A stretch of DNA of 64,000 bases from Christensenellaceae bacterium Phil1 (lineage in GTDB: Bacteria; Bacillota; Clostridia; Christensenellales; CAG-138). Positions 7,596 to 18,018 of the stretch are shown here, piece after piece. Made by a program: the position numbers and the translations under genes. Within the stretch, counting starts at the first letter, position 1. Every line of letters begins with the position of its first letter. The stretch spans positions 2,245-66,244 of the forward strand of contig MSGS01000059.1 of assembly GCA_001940855.1 (NCBI GenBank). Reading direction: 5' to 3'. Under the pieces are notes generated by a model, which worked only from the letters and a program-made list of their open reading frames with translations, did not search any database and was not told the DNA's origin.

Positions 7596-8162
7596 ATGAA
7601 CAAGAAAACACTGTCCCTTACTGCCGAGCAGTACAAGGAAATTATTCAAACCATGAAAAGTGGTTTCGCTGGCTGCCGCCCTAATGGACGGATTGCAACC
7701 GCCCTTATGCTGGAAGCAAACTTGGGCTTGCGGATATCCGATATTCTAAGGCTGCGCTTATCCGATATTGTGAAAGACGGCGAAAGATACCGCCTATCCA
7801 TCGTGGAGCAAAAGACAGGGAAAGCCCGTGTATTTACCGTCCCGCTTGCCTTGTATCAGTTTATCCGCTGTTACTGCATAGATAACGGAATACCCGCCGA
7901 TGCTCTTATTTTCCCGCTATCTGAAAGAGCAGTGCAAAAGCAGCTAAAGATTGTTTGTGATTATCTGGACTATCACGGCATCAGCACCCACAGTTTTCGT
8001 AAGTTCTACGCTACAGAGATATACCGCAACAGCGGATATAACATCGCCCTTGTCCAGCAGCTTCTACAGCACAGCAACACCGCCGTAACACAAAAGTACA
8101 TCGGCATTCAGCAAAAGGAATTGGAACAGGCGATTGAAAACCATTTATGCTTGGATATCTAA
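7596..8162 (+). CDS. Minimal tyrosine recombinase (catalytic domain only, 188 aa)
   Basis: LGLRISD, EQKTGK, STHSFRK, LLQH, TQKYIG; RBS GGAGG before ATG 7596. Confidence 0.9.
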   Translation: MNKKTLSLTAEQYKEIIQTMKSGFAGCRPNGRIATALMLEANLGLRISDILRLRLSDIVKDGERYRLSIVEQKTGKARVFTVPLALYQFIRCYCIDNGIPADALIFPLSERAVQKQLKIVCDYLDYHGISTHSFRKFYATEIYRNSGYNIALVQQLLQHSNTAVTQKYIGIQQKELEQAIENHLCLDI

Positions 8163-8170
8163 AGCATGAT

Positions 8171-8199
8171 AAAGGCGGGGATATTCGTCCCCGCCTTTT
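8171..8199. terminator. Bidirectional intrinsic terminator
   Basis: AAAGGCGGGGA-TATTCG-TCCCCGCCTTTT between convergent genes. Confidence 0.8.
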
Positions 8200-8204
8200 G
8201 TCGT

Positions 8205-9155
8205 TCATTCTTCTTCTCTGGAAAAAGCATTTTCAATCACAAGTTCAAAAGCGATAACTTTATCATAGTTTATGATGGGATTGCTCGCTGCATTTGTGAC
8301 CTCCCACACATATTCGAGTATCAATTTACGCTGTGGACTAAGTACCCATTGATATGCGCGAGGGTCTGCCCAGCTTTGATAGTTTTCGCTTTTTGTTTCC
8401 GTGTGTCCAATGCCAAGGGTATCATCGATTTGAGATATCAGCATATCCATATCAGCCTGCGTTGCAGTTTGTCCAACGCCAATTTCTTCAACCGTATAGT
8501 TTTTCATATCCACATAGTTGAACGAGGGTTGCCATGTGAAACTGGCATATTTTACATTTTCATCAATGAAGAAATATTCCATGCAACCCTCAAAATCCAT
8601 AAGATTGCATACATATTTAACATAAGTTGTATTGTCTATATTATCCGTAAGATTATGTCCGAAACCTGTAAAGCGGTTTAGGTCTTTTGCGGCTAACTCA
8701 TCATAGATACTTTTCATTGAAGCAGCGGAGCAGCCGTAGCTAAAGTATATTCCATCAGCAATAGCGTCTAACCGAGAACCATATCTCGCCATATCGAGTT
8801 CGCAGAAATACTCCCCTTGTTTTAGAGGGCTTATATTCCCATTCTCATAGCAGAGATAATAAGTGATAACTTCTCTGTCATATCCTCCGAAACCATTTTG
8901 TGCGGAAAAATCTACATCAAGGTTGCAATAACAGCGCCCATCTATTTCTATGGGGTCTTCATTGAAAGTCAGATTGTTTATCATCAATGACTGAGGATTT
9001 TTTAAGACGCTTTTTATATCTTCTTCCACATACCCTGTTACAATCTCTTGCAAAGTATCCGTTTTCACAGCGGCAGGATTTGATGTACCGCCGCAAGCAG
9101 CCAATGTGATACAAAGCAAAATCGCCACCAATAGTAGGATAAAAGTCTTTTTCAT
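8205..9155 (-). CDS. Hypothetical lipoprotein (element cargo)
   Basis: MKKTFILLLVAILLCITLAAC lipobox, RBS GGAGG; LKNPQSL...DFSAQNGFGG motif. Confidence 0.8.
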   Translation of the reverse strand: MKKTFILLLVAILLCITLAACGGTSNPAAVKTDTLQEIVTGYVEEDIKSVLKNPQSLMINNLTFNEDPIEIDGRCYCNLDVDFSAQNGFGGYDREVITYYLCYENGNISPLKQGEYFCELDMARYGSRLDAIADGIYFSYGCSAASMKSIYDELAAKDLNRFTGFGHNLTDNIDNTTYVKYVCNLMDFEGCMEYFFIDENVKYASFTWQPSFNYVDMKNYTVEEIGVGQTATQADMDMLISQIDDTLGIGHTETKSENYQSWADPRAYQWVLSPQRKLILEYVWEVTNAASNPIINYDKVIAFELVIENAFSREEE

Positions 9156-9190
9156 TTCCACCCTCCTGTTTTCCGCAAAGCCATGAGCGC

Positions 9191-10228
9191 TCATTCCATT
9201 ATGGATATTCGCATTTCGTCTGCATCAGAGCAATACACTATCCACTGTGTTGTTTCACCGGGGGCAAGCCCCTCCGCTCCAACAGCATATGTCCATTCGG
9301 TATCAATCACTTTTCCGTCAGAATTGTACAGATGCACCTTTATTCGCACAAACTCAACATAGGATGCAGAGTTGTTTGTAGCGGTTCCATCAACATACGG
9401 ATTAGACCCCGCATGATACTTAGCCTTGATGGTTAAGCCGTTATATGTAAGGGTGTCGGTGGTTGCGCTATCCCTATCCTCTACGGCAGCATAGTTGGTT
9501 TCAATCTCTGAAACCGTTCTTTCAAACGCAATTTCGTTTTGCATAGAATGTCCATTTGTAAAATAGCTTGAAAGAGAAGCATCAAAGGGAAGCCCATCGG
9601 TAATAGAGGATTGCCAAGAGCAATAAGAACTTTCATCCATCATAGGATATTCATGTTCCCAAGAGCCGCCCTTGCTCACTATCACTTGTCCCGAACATGG
9701 TGACCCTACTAATGCAACCATATCATCGTGGATTTTGCACATGATTTCTGGTGTAATCCCGTCATCATAAAACTCAAATTCGATATTGGACAAATTACCT
9801 GCCCAATCAAACTTAAAAACAGCTTGTCCCTTGCACCCATGAAAGCCGAATACATCGTCCACTTCAACCTGATATGCCTGATACGCATTGTACAGTTCAT
9901 GGGCAGAAAGGCTGTAATCTGCATCGAACCTCAAGTTAATATATTTCTCCACCTCGGATACTGTGGCATCGGGAACAGTCAGCAAGCCTACAGGGATATC
10001 TCCAAAGTAAGTGCATTCAAAGGTGTTCCAGTCTGTTTTAACTTCTTCGGGTGAAGATACTGTTGTAGAAGTATTTTGATATGGCTGTTCTTCCGTAATT
10101 TCTGCTGTGGGCGATGTCTCGTTGATGCTGGTTTGCTCATCGGTAGAGGGGAGCTGTTCCGTCCCGCAAGCGGAGAGAAGCAGCGTAATAATAAGCAACA
10201 TGGATATTGCTATTCTCTTGTTCACCAT
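9191..10228 (-). CDS. Lipoprotein with C-terminal FxLYD-like domain (element cargo)
   Basis: LLLSAC lipobox, S/T/E-rich linker, C-terminal VDGTATNNS..VHLYNSDGKVIDT..LAPGET. Confidence 0.8.
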   Translation of the reverse strand: MVNKRIAISMLLIITLLLSACGTEQLPSTDEQTSINETSPTAEITEEQPYQNTSTTVSSPEEVKTDWNTFECTYFGDIPVGLLTVPDATVSEVEKYINLRFDADYSLSAHELYNAYQAYQVEVDDVFGFHGCKGQAVFKFDWAGNLSNIEFEFYDDGITPEIMCKIHDDMVALVGSPCSGQVIVSKGGSWEHEYPMMDESSYCSWQSSITDGLPFDASLSSYFTNGHSMQNEIAFERTVSEIETNYAAVEDRDSATTDTLTYNGLTIKAKYHAGSNPYVDGTATNNSASYVEFVRIKVHLYNSDGKVIDTEWTYAVGAEGLAPGETTQWIVYCSDADEMRISIME

Positions 10229-10364
10229 ATCCCCCGCTTTCATAAGGTTATACCTTTTTCAATTATATCAAACCGCACTCCTTAAATCAACTATATTAGT
10301 TTTTAATTCCACCATAATCATACACTTTTCATCCATAATATTTGTGGAAGGAAGTGATGAAAAA

Positions 10365-10652
10365 GTGGATTTTAGTAATCGCCTAAAAGAATTGCGAACG
10401 CAAGCGGGGTTGACCCAGCTTCAATTAGCCCAGCGTTTAGGCATAACGAAAAGCGTTATTTCCTTCTATGAATTGAGCGAAAGAGCACCATCGCCCGATG
10501 TGCTGATAAGATTGGCACAGATTTTCCATGTAAGTACTGATTATCTTCTGGGCTTGGATAAGAAGGAAACTCTTGACATAACAGACCTAAATAAAGATGA
10601 CATAGCGATTTTGCGGGCATTGACCAATAGCCTACGAGAAAAAGCCAAATGA
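10365..10652 (+). CDS. XRE-family HTH regulator
   Basis: GTG start; FSNRLKELR..GLTQLQLAQRLGITKSVISFYE..P..L..LA.IF.VSTDYLLG. Confidence 0.9.
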   Translation: MDFSNRLKELRTQAGLTQLQLAQRLGITKSVISFYELSERAPSPDVLIRLAQIFHVSTDYLLGLDKKETLDITDLNKDDIAILRALTNSLREKAK

Positions 10653-10672
10653 GCATATGTCAAAGCAAGGAT

Positions 10673-10716
10673 AATCACCGCAGATTGGGCGTACTCCCAT
10701 GCGGTGATTTTGTTTT
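10673..10716 (+). terminator. Intrinsic terminator between the two XRE genes
   Basis: AATCACCGCA...TGCGGTGATT followed by TTGTTTT. Confidence 0.55.
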
Positions 10717-10810
10717 GCTATTGTGGGTTCATTCACATGGTTGCGAATATCATCACCCATGACACCAAGTGTAACGCCATTTGCGGTATTTTTAGAAAGG
10801 CGGTATCCAA

Positions 10811-11107
10811 ATGGCTCTACTTCACTTTTCCGAACGGCTAAAGCAGCTTCGTACCGAACGGAAACTGACCCAACGGCAGGTTGCGATGATGGTAGGTGTG
10901 ACCCGCTCCACGCTAAGCACCTATGAAAATCAAGCCCGCTATCCCAGCTATGATATTCTTGTAAGCCTATCGAGGATATACGGTGTCACCACCGATTATC
11001 TACTCTGCAAAGAGGAAAGGCAGTACATAGATATCACCGGCTTGACCGAGGAAGAAAGTGCCGCTATCCGTCAGATGGTATATTTGTTACAGAAGTCCAA
11101 AGAGTAG
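10811..11107 (+). CDS. XRE-family HTH regulator (paralogue of the previous gene)
   Basis: FSERLKQLR..LTQRQVA..VTRSTLSTYE..GVTTDYLL..IDITGL. Confidence 0.9.
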   Translation: MALLHFSERLKQLRTERKLTQRQVAMMVGVTRSTLSTYENQARYPSYDILVSLSRIYGVTTDYLLCKEERQYIDITGLTEEESAAIRQMVYLLQKSKE

Positions 11108-11117
11108 GAGGCAGCAC

Positions 11118-12824
11118 ATGAAGCGCATAAAACAATTAGCAGGGGCTATTCTTGCAGCCGCTGTTGTTTTCAGCATGAGCATTTATGCCTATGCCGAAGA
11201 AAGCCCCATCCCGCCCAGCGAGGGAAATCCACCGATGTCAAGCGAACAGCCGCCAGAGCCGACCACGGAGACAGCACCACCGGCGAATGAGGAACCATCA
11301 TCCGACCCACAGGAGCCAGCAGAGGAAGCCCCCGTTATCGTCAATACACTGGACGAGCTACAAGCAGCCATCGAAGCCGCCGATGATGGGGATACCATCA
11401 TCATTGGTTCAAAAATAACTATATCCTCCAGTGTTCAAGTGGGCAGCCCTGATAAAACAATTAACCTCAAAGCATCCGATAGTTTTCCAAATAGTGCGCT
11501 TTTTTACTTGTATACGGAGAGCAATCAAAAGATAGCTTTTCATAATCTGATATTAGATGGAAACAGCGTCAACAGGAGAAAAGTTTATGCCATTGAAAGC
11601 GACTTGTTTAATAATCCAGACAATCAAGGGCAATGGCTGTTTAACAGGATTACTTTTCAGAACTTCAACAGTATGCGGTCTACTATCACTGTAGATAATG
11701 CTGATGCTTTGCTTACTGACTGCTGTATTAGGAATAACTACAGCAGACGCAGTGGTGGTATTGAAATCTCACCTGCTTCTTTTGCCGAAATTGTGAACTG
11801 CAATTTTTCTTCCAACAGAGCAGAAGGAAATGGTGCTGCAATTTACTGCCGGGGAAATGCAAAGATAGTCAATTCTTCTATTATTGGCAACTCCACTATT
11901 AGTGATGGTACAGTTATAAATGGCGGGGGAATACATATTGCAGACACGGCAGTTTGCGAAGTAGTATCCTGCACCATTACGGACAACAACGCCGATTTAG
12001 GCGGTGGCATTGGTTGCTTTGGAACATTAACCCTTTGCGATACTGTAATTTTCGGCAATACTGGACGGTTGGGCGGCAGCGATATTCGGGCGTTTGGTGG
12101 CAGTAATATTGCTGTGACCTACACCGACACCATGAAAGCCGTCTATACCGAAAATGACCCGCTCGGCTTTTATGCCGATGATTTTGAAAATCCCTTCAAT
12201 GCGGAAACCAATGTAACAGCCTTGGTAGGGGAAACGCTTGAAATCCAGAACAATACAAGCCCTAATTTCGGGGTGCGTTTTCTCTTTGCAAGCGACCTTC
12301 CCGCCCCTGCTCCTACTCCCACGCCAACACCCGAACCTGACAGCAGCGCAGAAAACCAGCCCATATATCCCCGCCCCGATGATGAAGACCAGCCGCCATT
12401 TATCGAAGTGGAACCCGACTATCCAGAAATAGAAATTGTGCCTATCCCCGAACCAGAGATAGAGCCAGAGATAATCCCCGAACCAGAGCCAGTCATACAA
12501 GCATCTGACCCGACACCCGCACCCACACCACCGAATATCGAGAGCCGCGAACCCGCTCCCGCTAAAGTGGCAGAGGATATCCCAACGCCGGAACCATCTT
12601 CATCGGCAAGTATAGAACCCTCTCAGCCGCAGCCAACGCAAGAGCAAGAAAACCCTGTTGAGACCAGCGGCGATATATCGGACAGCGCAGACGATATAGT
12701 TATCGTGTCTACCGATGAAGACGAACCCGACACCTCACCGCTGCTGTACGCTGCAATCCCTATTGCACTTGTTGCCGCCTCGGTACCGCTCTATATCCGC
12801 TTCAAAGGAAAGCGCCGCAAATAG
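11118..12824 (+). CDS. Surface-anchored right-handed beta-helix protein with Pro/Glu-rich stalk
   Basis: Signal peptide ending AYA, GGGI/GAAI plus FxxN repeats (Pmp/pectin-lyase-like), PE/PT-rich region, C-terminal TM helix and KGKRRK. Confidence 0.8.
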   Translation: MKRIKQLAGAILAAAVVFSMSIYAYAEESPIPPSEGNPPMSSEQPPEPTTETAPPANEEPSSDPQEPAEEAPVIVNTLDELQAAIEAADDGDTIIIGSKITISSSVQVGSPDKTINLKASDSFPNSALFYLYTESNQKIAFHNLILDGNSVNRRKVYAIESDLFNNPDNQGQWLFNRITFQNFNSMRSTITVDNADALLTDCCIRNNYSRRSGGIEISPASFAEIVNCNFSSNRAEGNGAAIYCRGNAKIVNSSIIGNSTISDGTVINGGGIHIADTAVCEVVSCTITDNNADLGGGIGCFGTLTLCDTVIFGNTGRLGGSDIRAFGGSNIAVTYTDTMKAVYTENDPLGFYADDFENPFNAETNVTALVGETLEIQNNTSPNFGVRFLFASDLPAPAPTPTPTPEPDSSAENQPIYPRPDDEDQPPFIEVEPDYPEIEIVPIPEPEIEPEIIPEPEPVIQASDPTPAPTPPNIESREPAPAKVAEDIPTPEPSSSASIEPSQPQPTQEQENPVETSGDISDSADDIVIVSTDEDEPDTSPLLYAAIPIALVAASVPLYIRFKGKRRK

Positions 12825-12864
12825 AAAAGACCGCCCTTGCTATCACAGCAAAGGCGGTTTTCTT
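12825..12864. terminator. Bidirectional terminator, likely also ending lysS transcription in the integrated state
   Basis: AAAAGACCGCC...GGCGGTTTTCTT hairpin between convergent genes. Confidence 0.7.
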
Positions 12865-12955
12865 GTCCTATAAGCGTGTTCTTTTCAGTCCAAAATGGGT
12901 AAACCGTGGGTAAAAACACCGTCGTATTGCCCGCAAACCCGCATAAACACTGGGT

Positions 12956-14473
12956 TTATTTGTCCAGGGGCTTCATTGTGGGGAAGAGCAGCACGTCGCG
13001 TATGCTGGTCTCTCCGGTTAGCAGCATGACCATGCGGTCTATGCCTATGCCTATGCCGCCGGTGGGGGGCATGCCGTATTCAAGCGCCTGGCAGAAGTCC
13101 TCGTCTATCATCATGGCCTCGTCGTCGCCCTTGGCGCGCTCCATAGCCTGCTGCACAAAGCGGCCGCGCTGGTCTATGGGGTCGTTCAGCTCACTGAAGG
13201 CGTTTGCGTATTCGTGGCCGGCAATGAACAGCTCAAAGCGTTCCGTTATGCCGCTTACGCCCTTCTTGCGCTTGGAAAGCGGGGAGTTTTCCACGGGATA
13301 GTCTATTATGAACGTGGGCTGGATAAGCTTATCCTCAACGAATTCGTCGAACGCCAGCGCCAATAGCTTACCCTTGGTGGCTGTTTTGTCGTCAAAGGGC
13401 AGCTTTATCTTCTTTGCAAGCTCGCGCGCCTCTTCGTCCGTTGCGCAGCCGAGAAAGTCAGCATTTGCGTATTTCTTCACGGCGTCGTTCATGCTCAGCC
13501 GTGCAAACGGCGGGGTAAGGTCGATATCGTACTCGCCGTATTTTATCTTGGTGGTGCCGTTTACCAGCATGCAGCAGCGGGAGAACAGATCCTCGCACAG
13601 CTCCATCATTCCGTGGTAATCGGTATACGCCTGATATATCTCAATCGTGGTGAACTCGGGGTTATGCGTAGCGTCCATGCCCTCGTTGCGGAAAAGGCGG
13701 CCTATTTCATAAACCCTTTCAAGTCCGCCAACTATGCAGCGCTTGAGGTGCAGCTCCGTGGCGATGCGCAGATACATGTCTATATCCAGCGTATTGTGGT
13801 GCGTTATGAACGGCCTTGCGCTCGCGCCGGAGGCGGCGGAGTTGAGCACGGGGGTCTCGACCTCTATAAAGTCAAGCTCGTTCAGCCTCCTGCGTATCTC
13901 GGCCTCTATCTTGGCGCGCTTTATGAAGGTGTTTCGCACCTCGGGATTTACTATAAGGTCAACGCTGCGCTGGCGGTATCTCAGTTCCTGATCCTTCAGC
14001 CCGTGGAACTTTTCGGGCAGGGGACGGAGGGACTTTGAAAGCAGGGTAACGCTCGTTGCATGGATTGAAACCTCGCCCGTGCGGGTTTTGAATACCATGC
14101 CGGTAACGCCGATTATGTCGCCTATATCCATGGCCTTAAAGTCGGCATAGGATTCTTCGCCAACATCGTCGCGCTTTATGTAAACCTGAATATCGCCCTT
14201 GTAATCCAAAATGTGCGCAAAGGAAGCCTTGCCCATTATTCGCTTGGACATCATTCTGCCCGCAACGGTAACGGTTTTGCCTTCCATGGCGTCGTAATTT
14301 TCAATTATCTCTGTGCTGTAAGCATCGCGGTCGAACTTGACTATTTCAAAGGGATCCTTGCCGCGTTCCTGCAATGCCTTCAGCTTGTCCCGCCTTATCT
14401 GGAGCAGCTCGTTAAGCTCCTCGGCGGTTTGTTCGCGCTCCTCCACGGGAGCCTTAATGTTGTTTTCTTCCAT
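12956..14473 (-). CDS. lysS: Lysine--tRNA ligase (class II)
   Basis: [58 protein letters not shown]. Confidence 0.98.
   Translation of the reverse strand: MEENNIKAPVEEREQTAEELNELLQIRRDKLKALQERGKDPFEIVKFDRDAYSTEIIENYDAMEGKTVTVAGRMMSKRIMGKASFAHILDYKGDIQVYIKRDDVGEESYADFKAMDIGDIIGVTGMVFKTRTGEVSIHATSVTLLSKSLRPLPEKFHGLKDQELRYRQRSVDLIVNPEVRNTFIKRAKIEAEIRRRLNELDFIEVETPVLNSAASGASARPFITHHNTLDIDMYLRIATELHLKRCIVGGLERVYEIGRLFRNEGMDATHNPEFTTIEIYQAYTDYHGMMELCEDLFSRCCMLVNGTTKIKYGEYDIDLTPPFARLSMNDAVKKYANADFLGCATDEEARELAKKIKLPFDDKTATKGKLLALAFDEFVEDKLIQPTFIIDYPVENSPLSKRKKGVSGITERFELFIAGHEYANAFSELNDPIDQRGRFVQQAMERAKGDDEAMMIDEDFCQALEYGMPPTGGIGIGIDRMVMLLTGETSIRDVLLFPTMKPLDK
12968..12989 (+). repeat. Attachment site within the lysS 3' end
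   Basis: GGGCTTCATtGTGGGGAAgAGC, direct repeat of 1592-1613. Confidence 0.88.
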
Positions 14474-14501
14474 TTATGCGCCTGTCTCCTGCGTTTGAAG
14501 A

Positions 14502-14975
14502 TTATTTGCCTATGGCTGTTATTTCAAATTCGCTCACTCCGTCGGGAGTCTGAATTTCAACAAGCTCACCCACCTTGTGGCCAAGCAGAGTCTTGCCGAC
14601 GGGGGATTCGTTGGAAATGCGGTTCTCGTAGGGGTTGGCCTCCGCACTGCCGACTATCTGGAACGTGCGCTCCTCGCCGCCGGCGGACAGCATCTTTACC
14701 GTAACGTTTGAACCAACGTCAACAACGTTTGTGTTCAGCGTGTCCTCGTCTATGAGCACCACGTTCTTGAGCATGGCCTCTATTTCAACTATTTCGTATT
14801 CTATGCGCGCCTGCTCAATTTTTGCCGCGTCATATTCCGCGTTTTCGCTCAGGTCGCCGAAGGCCCTTGCCGTTTTTATCTGCTCCGCAATTTCGGTGCG
14901 CGCTGTGGTTTTCAGGTACTCCAATCTTTTCTCATACTTTTCCACGCCTTCGGCGGTAAGCCTTACTTCAGCCAT
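14502..14975 (-). CDS. greA: Transcription elongation factor GreA
   Basis: GDLSENAEYDAAK, ISNESPVG; RBS AAGGAG before ATG 14975. Confidence 0.97.
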   Translation of the reverse strand: MAEVRLTAEGVEKYEKRLEYLKTTARTEIAEQIKTARAFGDLSENAEYDAAKIEQARIEYEIVEIEAMLKNVVLIDEDTLNTNVVDVGSNVTVKMLSAGGEERTFQIVGSAEANPYENRISNESPVGKTLLGHKVGELVEIQTPDGVSEFEITAIGK

Positions 14976-15121
14976 GTTCATTCTCCTTCGTTAAGCCGCA
15001 TGCGTGCGGCATTATTTTTTTCATGTTTTTATATGGAAGCGCGGCAAAATAACACTATACTCCCATATTGATGTAATTATATTTTAGCCTGTTTCGCTTG
15101 TCAAGGCGCGGCGGGAATATA

Positions 15122-16345
15122 TTACTGTTCGCCCGCCAGCTCGCGCACATAGTCCAGCGCAGCCCAAAGCTGCGCGTCCTGCTCCTGATCAAGCTGATTT
15201 ATGGGCGTGCCCTTCATCTCCTCCGGCAGGTCAACTTCAATGTCCGGCGTAACGCCCGTGCCGTTTATGCTTTCGCCGCCGGGCGTGTAATATGCGCTGA
15301 CGGTCATTTTGAGCCATGCGCCGTTTGAACTGATGCGCTTTGTGTTCTGCACAACGCCCTTGCCGAATGTTGTCATGCCGACCACAACGCCGGCCTCGTT
15401 GTCCTGCACGGCGGCGGCAAGTATTTCGCTTGCGCTTGCGCTGTTTTCATTAACTATTATTGCAACCGGCACGCTTACGCCTTTTTTATTGGAGGTATAT
15501 GTTTCCTCGCCGCCCTTGCCGTCGCGCACGGTAACTATAGTGCATTCGCCAAGCAGCGTGTCCGCAATGCTTACAACGTCCTTCAGCAGCCCGCCGGGGT
15601 TGTTCCTAAGGTCTACGACAAGGCTTGTCATGTTCCTATCGGTCAGATCCTTCACAGCCTCGCGGAATTCCTCCGCGCAGTTGCCGCTGAACATGCTTAT
15701 GCGTATGTACCCCGTGTGATGATTATATAGGAAATGCTCAACGTGCTTCACATTTATGCGCGCGGATGTAAGCTCAACGGTGAAATCGTCCTCGCCTTCG
15801 CGGTGAATCGTGAGTTCTGTGCTTTCCTCCCCGCTTTTAACAACCAGCGTGCTCAGTTCTTCAAGCTCCATGTTGGCTGTGGGCGTGCCGTCAACGGCTG
15901 TAACAATGTCTCCGGCTTTAAGGCCGGCCTCGCTTGCGGGAGTATTTTCATATACGTCCAGTATCTCCGCGCCCTGCTCCGTGGGCTGGCCCAGCAGCAC
16001 GCCTATGCCGTCGTATGAGCCGCTTATGCTGGTAAGATACTTTTGGTATTCCTCATCCGTAAAATACTGGGCATACGGGTCGTTAAGCTCGCTTACCATG
16101 CCGCGTGCCGCCGCGCGGATGAGTGCATCGCGCGAGGGTGCGTCGTAATAATAATCGCTCTGTATATCGCTTATTATTTCGTCAAGCGCCAGTATGTCCG
16201 TAAGGGCGGCGTATTCATCGGTTGAAAGCATCACCGCGTCCTTTCGGTTTTGATTATATAGCTGCATGGTAACGCCGGCGGATATGAGCGCCGCTATTAT
16301 TATGGCGCCAGCAAAATACAGCGCCGTTCTAAGCTTTGGCTTCAT
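15122..16345 (-). CDS. S41 C-terminal processing protease with PDZ domain
   Basis: DPY, GIGV PDZ loop, DLRNNPGG, SASASEI, TFGKG. Confidence 0.93.
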   Translation of the reverse strand: MKPKLRTALYFAGAIIIAALISAGVTMQLYNQNRKDAVMLSTDEYAALTDILALDEIISDIQSDYYYDAPSRDALIRAAARGMVSELNDPYAQYFTDEEYQKYLTSISGSYDGIGVLLGQPTEQGAEILDVYENTPASEAGLKAGDIVTAVDGTPTANMELEELSTLVVKSGEESTELTIHREGEDDFTVELTSARINVKHVEHFLYNHHTGYIRISMFSGNCAEEFREAVKDLTDRNMTSLVVDLRNNPGGLLKDVVSIADTLLGECTIVTVRDGKGGEETYTSNKKGVSVPVAIIVNENSASASEILAAAVQDNEAGVVVGMTTFGKGVVQNTKRISSNGAWLKMTVSAYYTPGGESINGTGVTPDIEVDLPEEMKGTPINQLDQEQDAQLWAALDYVRELAGEQ

Positions 16346-16514
16346 GCATGACCTCCTTGAAGAAAATTATTATGCAACATTCTACCAAACTTAGCCTTAT
16401 GCGTCAAATGAACGAATTATGTTCGGCAGAAGTAGACGCTTTTTGCGCGGCATCTTTTATGAAATGAACATATCTGATATAATAAAGCAGCACAAGTTAA
16501 GGAGGGTATTTGCC

Positions 16515-18014
16515 ATGGCAGAATATATTATGGCGCTGGACGCGGGCACAACGTCCAACCGCTGCATATTGTTTGACCGCTATGCGCGCGTGTGCGCCGT
16601 AGCGCAGAAGGAGTTTACGCAGATATACCCCAAAAGCGGCTATGTTGAGCATAATGCCAACGAAATATGGGCCACGCAGCTGAGCGTTGCGGTGGAGGCC
16701 ATGCAGAAGCTTGGCATAGGGGCGGAGGATATAGCCGCCATAGGCATAACCAACCAGCGCGAGACAACAATAGTATGGGACAGGCAAACGGGGGAGCCGG
16801 TATATAACGCAATAGTGTGGCAATGCCGCCGCACAAGCAAATTCTGCGACGAATTGAAGGCGCGCGGCCTTGCGGAGACGATACGGCAGAAGACCGGCCT
16901 TGTTATAGACGCATATTTTTCGGCCACAAAGCTGAAATGGATACTGGATAACGTATCCGGCGCGCGGGAGAGGGCGGAGCGCGGGGAACTGTGCTTCGGC
17001 ACGGTGGACACATGGCTCATGTGGAAGCTTTCCGGCGGCAGAATATTTGCAACGGACTATTCCAACGCATCCCGCACGATGCTTTTTAACATAAATACGC
17101 TAAAATGGGACGAAGATATATTAAAGGAGCTTGATATCCCCGCGTGCATGCTGCCGGAGGTGAAGCCCTCAAGCGGAATATTCGGCCATGCGGACGCGAA
17201 GTTTTTGGGCGGGGAGATACCCATTGCGGGCGTTGCGGGGGATCAGCAGTCGGCATTGTTCGGGCAGACCTGCTTTGAAGCGGGGGAGGCGAAGAACACA
17301 TACGGCACGGGCTGCTTCCTTTTGATGAACACGGGCGAAAAGCCGGTTTATTCAAATAACGGCCTTGTTACCACCGTTGCGTGGGGCAGGGACGGAAAGG
17401 TGAATTACGCCCTTGAGGGCAGCATATTCGTTGCGGGCGCGGCGATACAGTGGCTAAGGGACGAGATGAAGCTGATAGAAAGCGCAGCGGATTCGGAATA
17501 CATGGCGCAGAAGGTGCGCGATACCAACGGCTGCTATGTCGTTCCCGCGTTCACGGGGCTTGGCGCGCCGCATTGGGACCAGTATGCGCGCGGGGCGATA
17601 GTGGGCCTCAGCCGCGGCTGCAATAAATATCACATTATCCGCGCCACGCTTGACAGCATATGCTATCAGGTGAACGATGTGCTTGCCGCCATGCAGGCGG
17701 ATTCGGGCATTCCGCTGAACACACTGCGCGTGGACGGCGGGGCAAGCGCCAACAATTACCTTATGCAGACCCAGGCGGACATTATAAACGCGCCGGTCGC
17801 GCGGCCGCGCTGCGTTGAAACAACGGCAATGGGCGCGGCGTTCCTGGCGGGGCTTGCGGTAAAATACTGGGCCGATACGGAGGAAATAAAGCACAGCCGC
17901 GAAACGGAGCGCGAGTTTTATCCGGCCATAAGCGAAGCGGAGCGCGGCGCAAGAACAGCGGGCTGGAACCGCGCGGTAAAGTGCGCCTACGGCTGGGCGA
18001 AGGAGGAAGAATAA
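16515..18014 (+). CDS. glpK: Glycerol kinase
   Basis: [39 protein letters not shown]. Confidence 0.97.
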   Translation: MAEYIMALDAGTTSNRCILFDRYARVCAVAQKEFTQIYPKSGYVEHNANEIWATQLSVAVEAMQKLGIGAEDIAAIGITNQRETTIVWDRQTGEPVYNAIVWQCRRTSKFCDELKARGLAETIRQKTGLVIDAYFSATKLKWILDNVSGARERAERGELCFGTVDTWLMWKLSGGRIFATDYSNASRTMLFNINTLKWDEDILKELDIPACMLPEVKPSSGIFGHADAKFLGGEIPIAGVAGDQQSALFGQTCFEAGEAKNTYGTGCFLLMNTGEKPVYSNNGLVTTVAWGRDGKVNYALEGSIFVAGAAIQWLRDEMKLIESAADSEYMAQKVRDTNGCYVVPAFTGLGAPHWDQYARGAIVGLSRGCNKYHIIRATLDSICYQVNDVLAAMQADSGIPLNTLRVDGGASANNYLMQTQADIINAPVARPRCVETTAMGAAFLAGLAVKYWADTEEIKHSRETEREFYPAISEAERGARTAGWNRAVKCAYGWAKEEE

Positions 18015-18018
18015 ACGG

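Larger units (their letters stand above)
1592..12989. mobile_element. Integrative element (IME/satellite-like, ~11.4 kb) inserted in the 3' end of lysS
   Basis: Flanking 22-bp imperfect direct repeats from the lysS 3' end, terminal integrase and excisionase, visibly lower GC than the flanks, accessory cargo. Confidence 0.9.

Noticed and set aside
1592-12989. Element as a prophage or complete ICE
   Set aside because: No structural, terminase, lysis, relaxase, coupling-protein or T4SS genes
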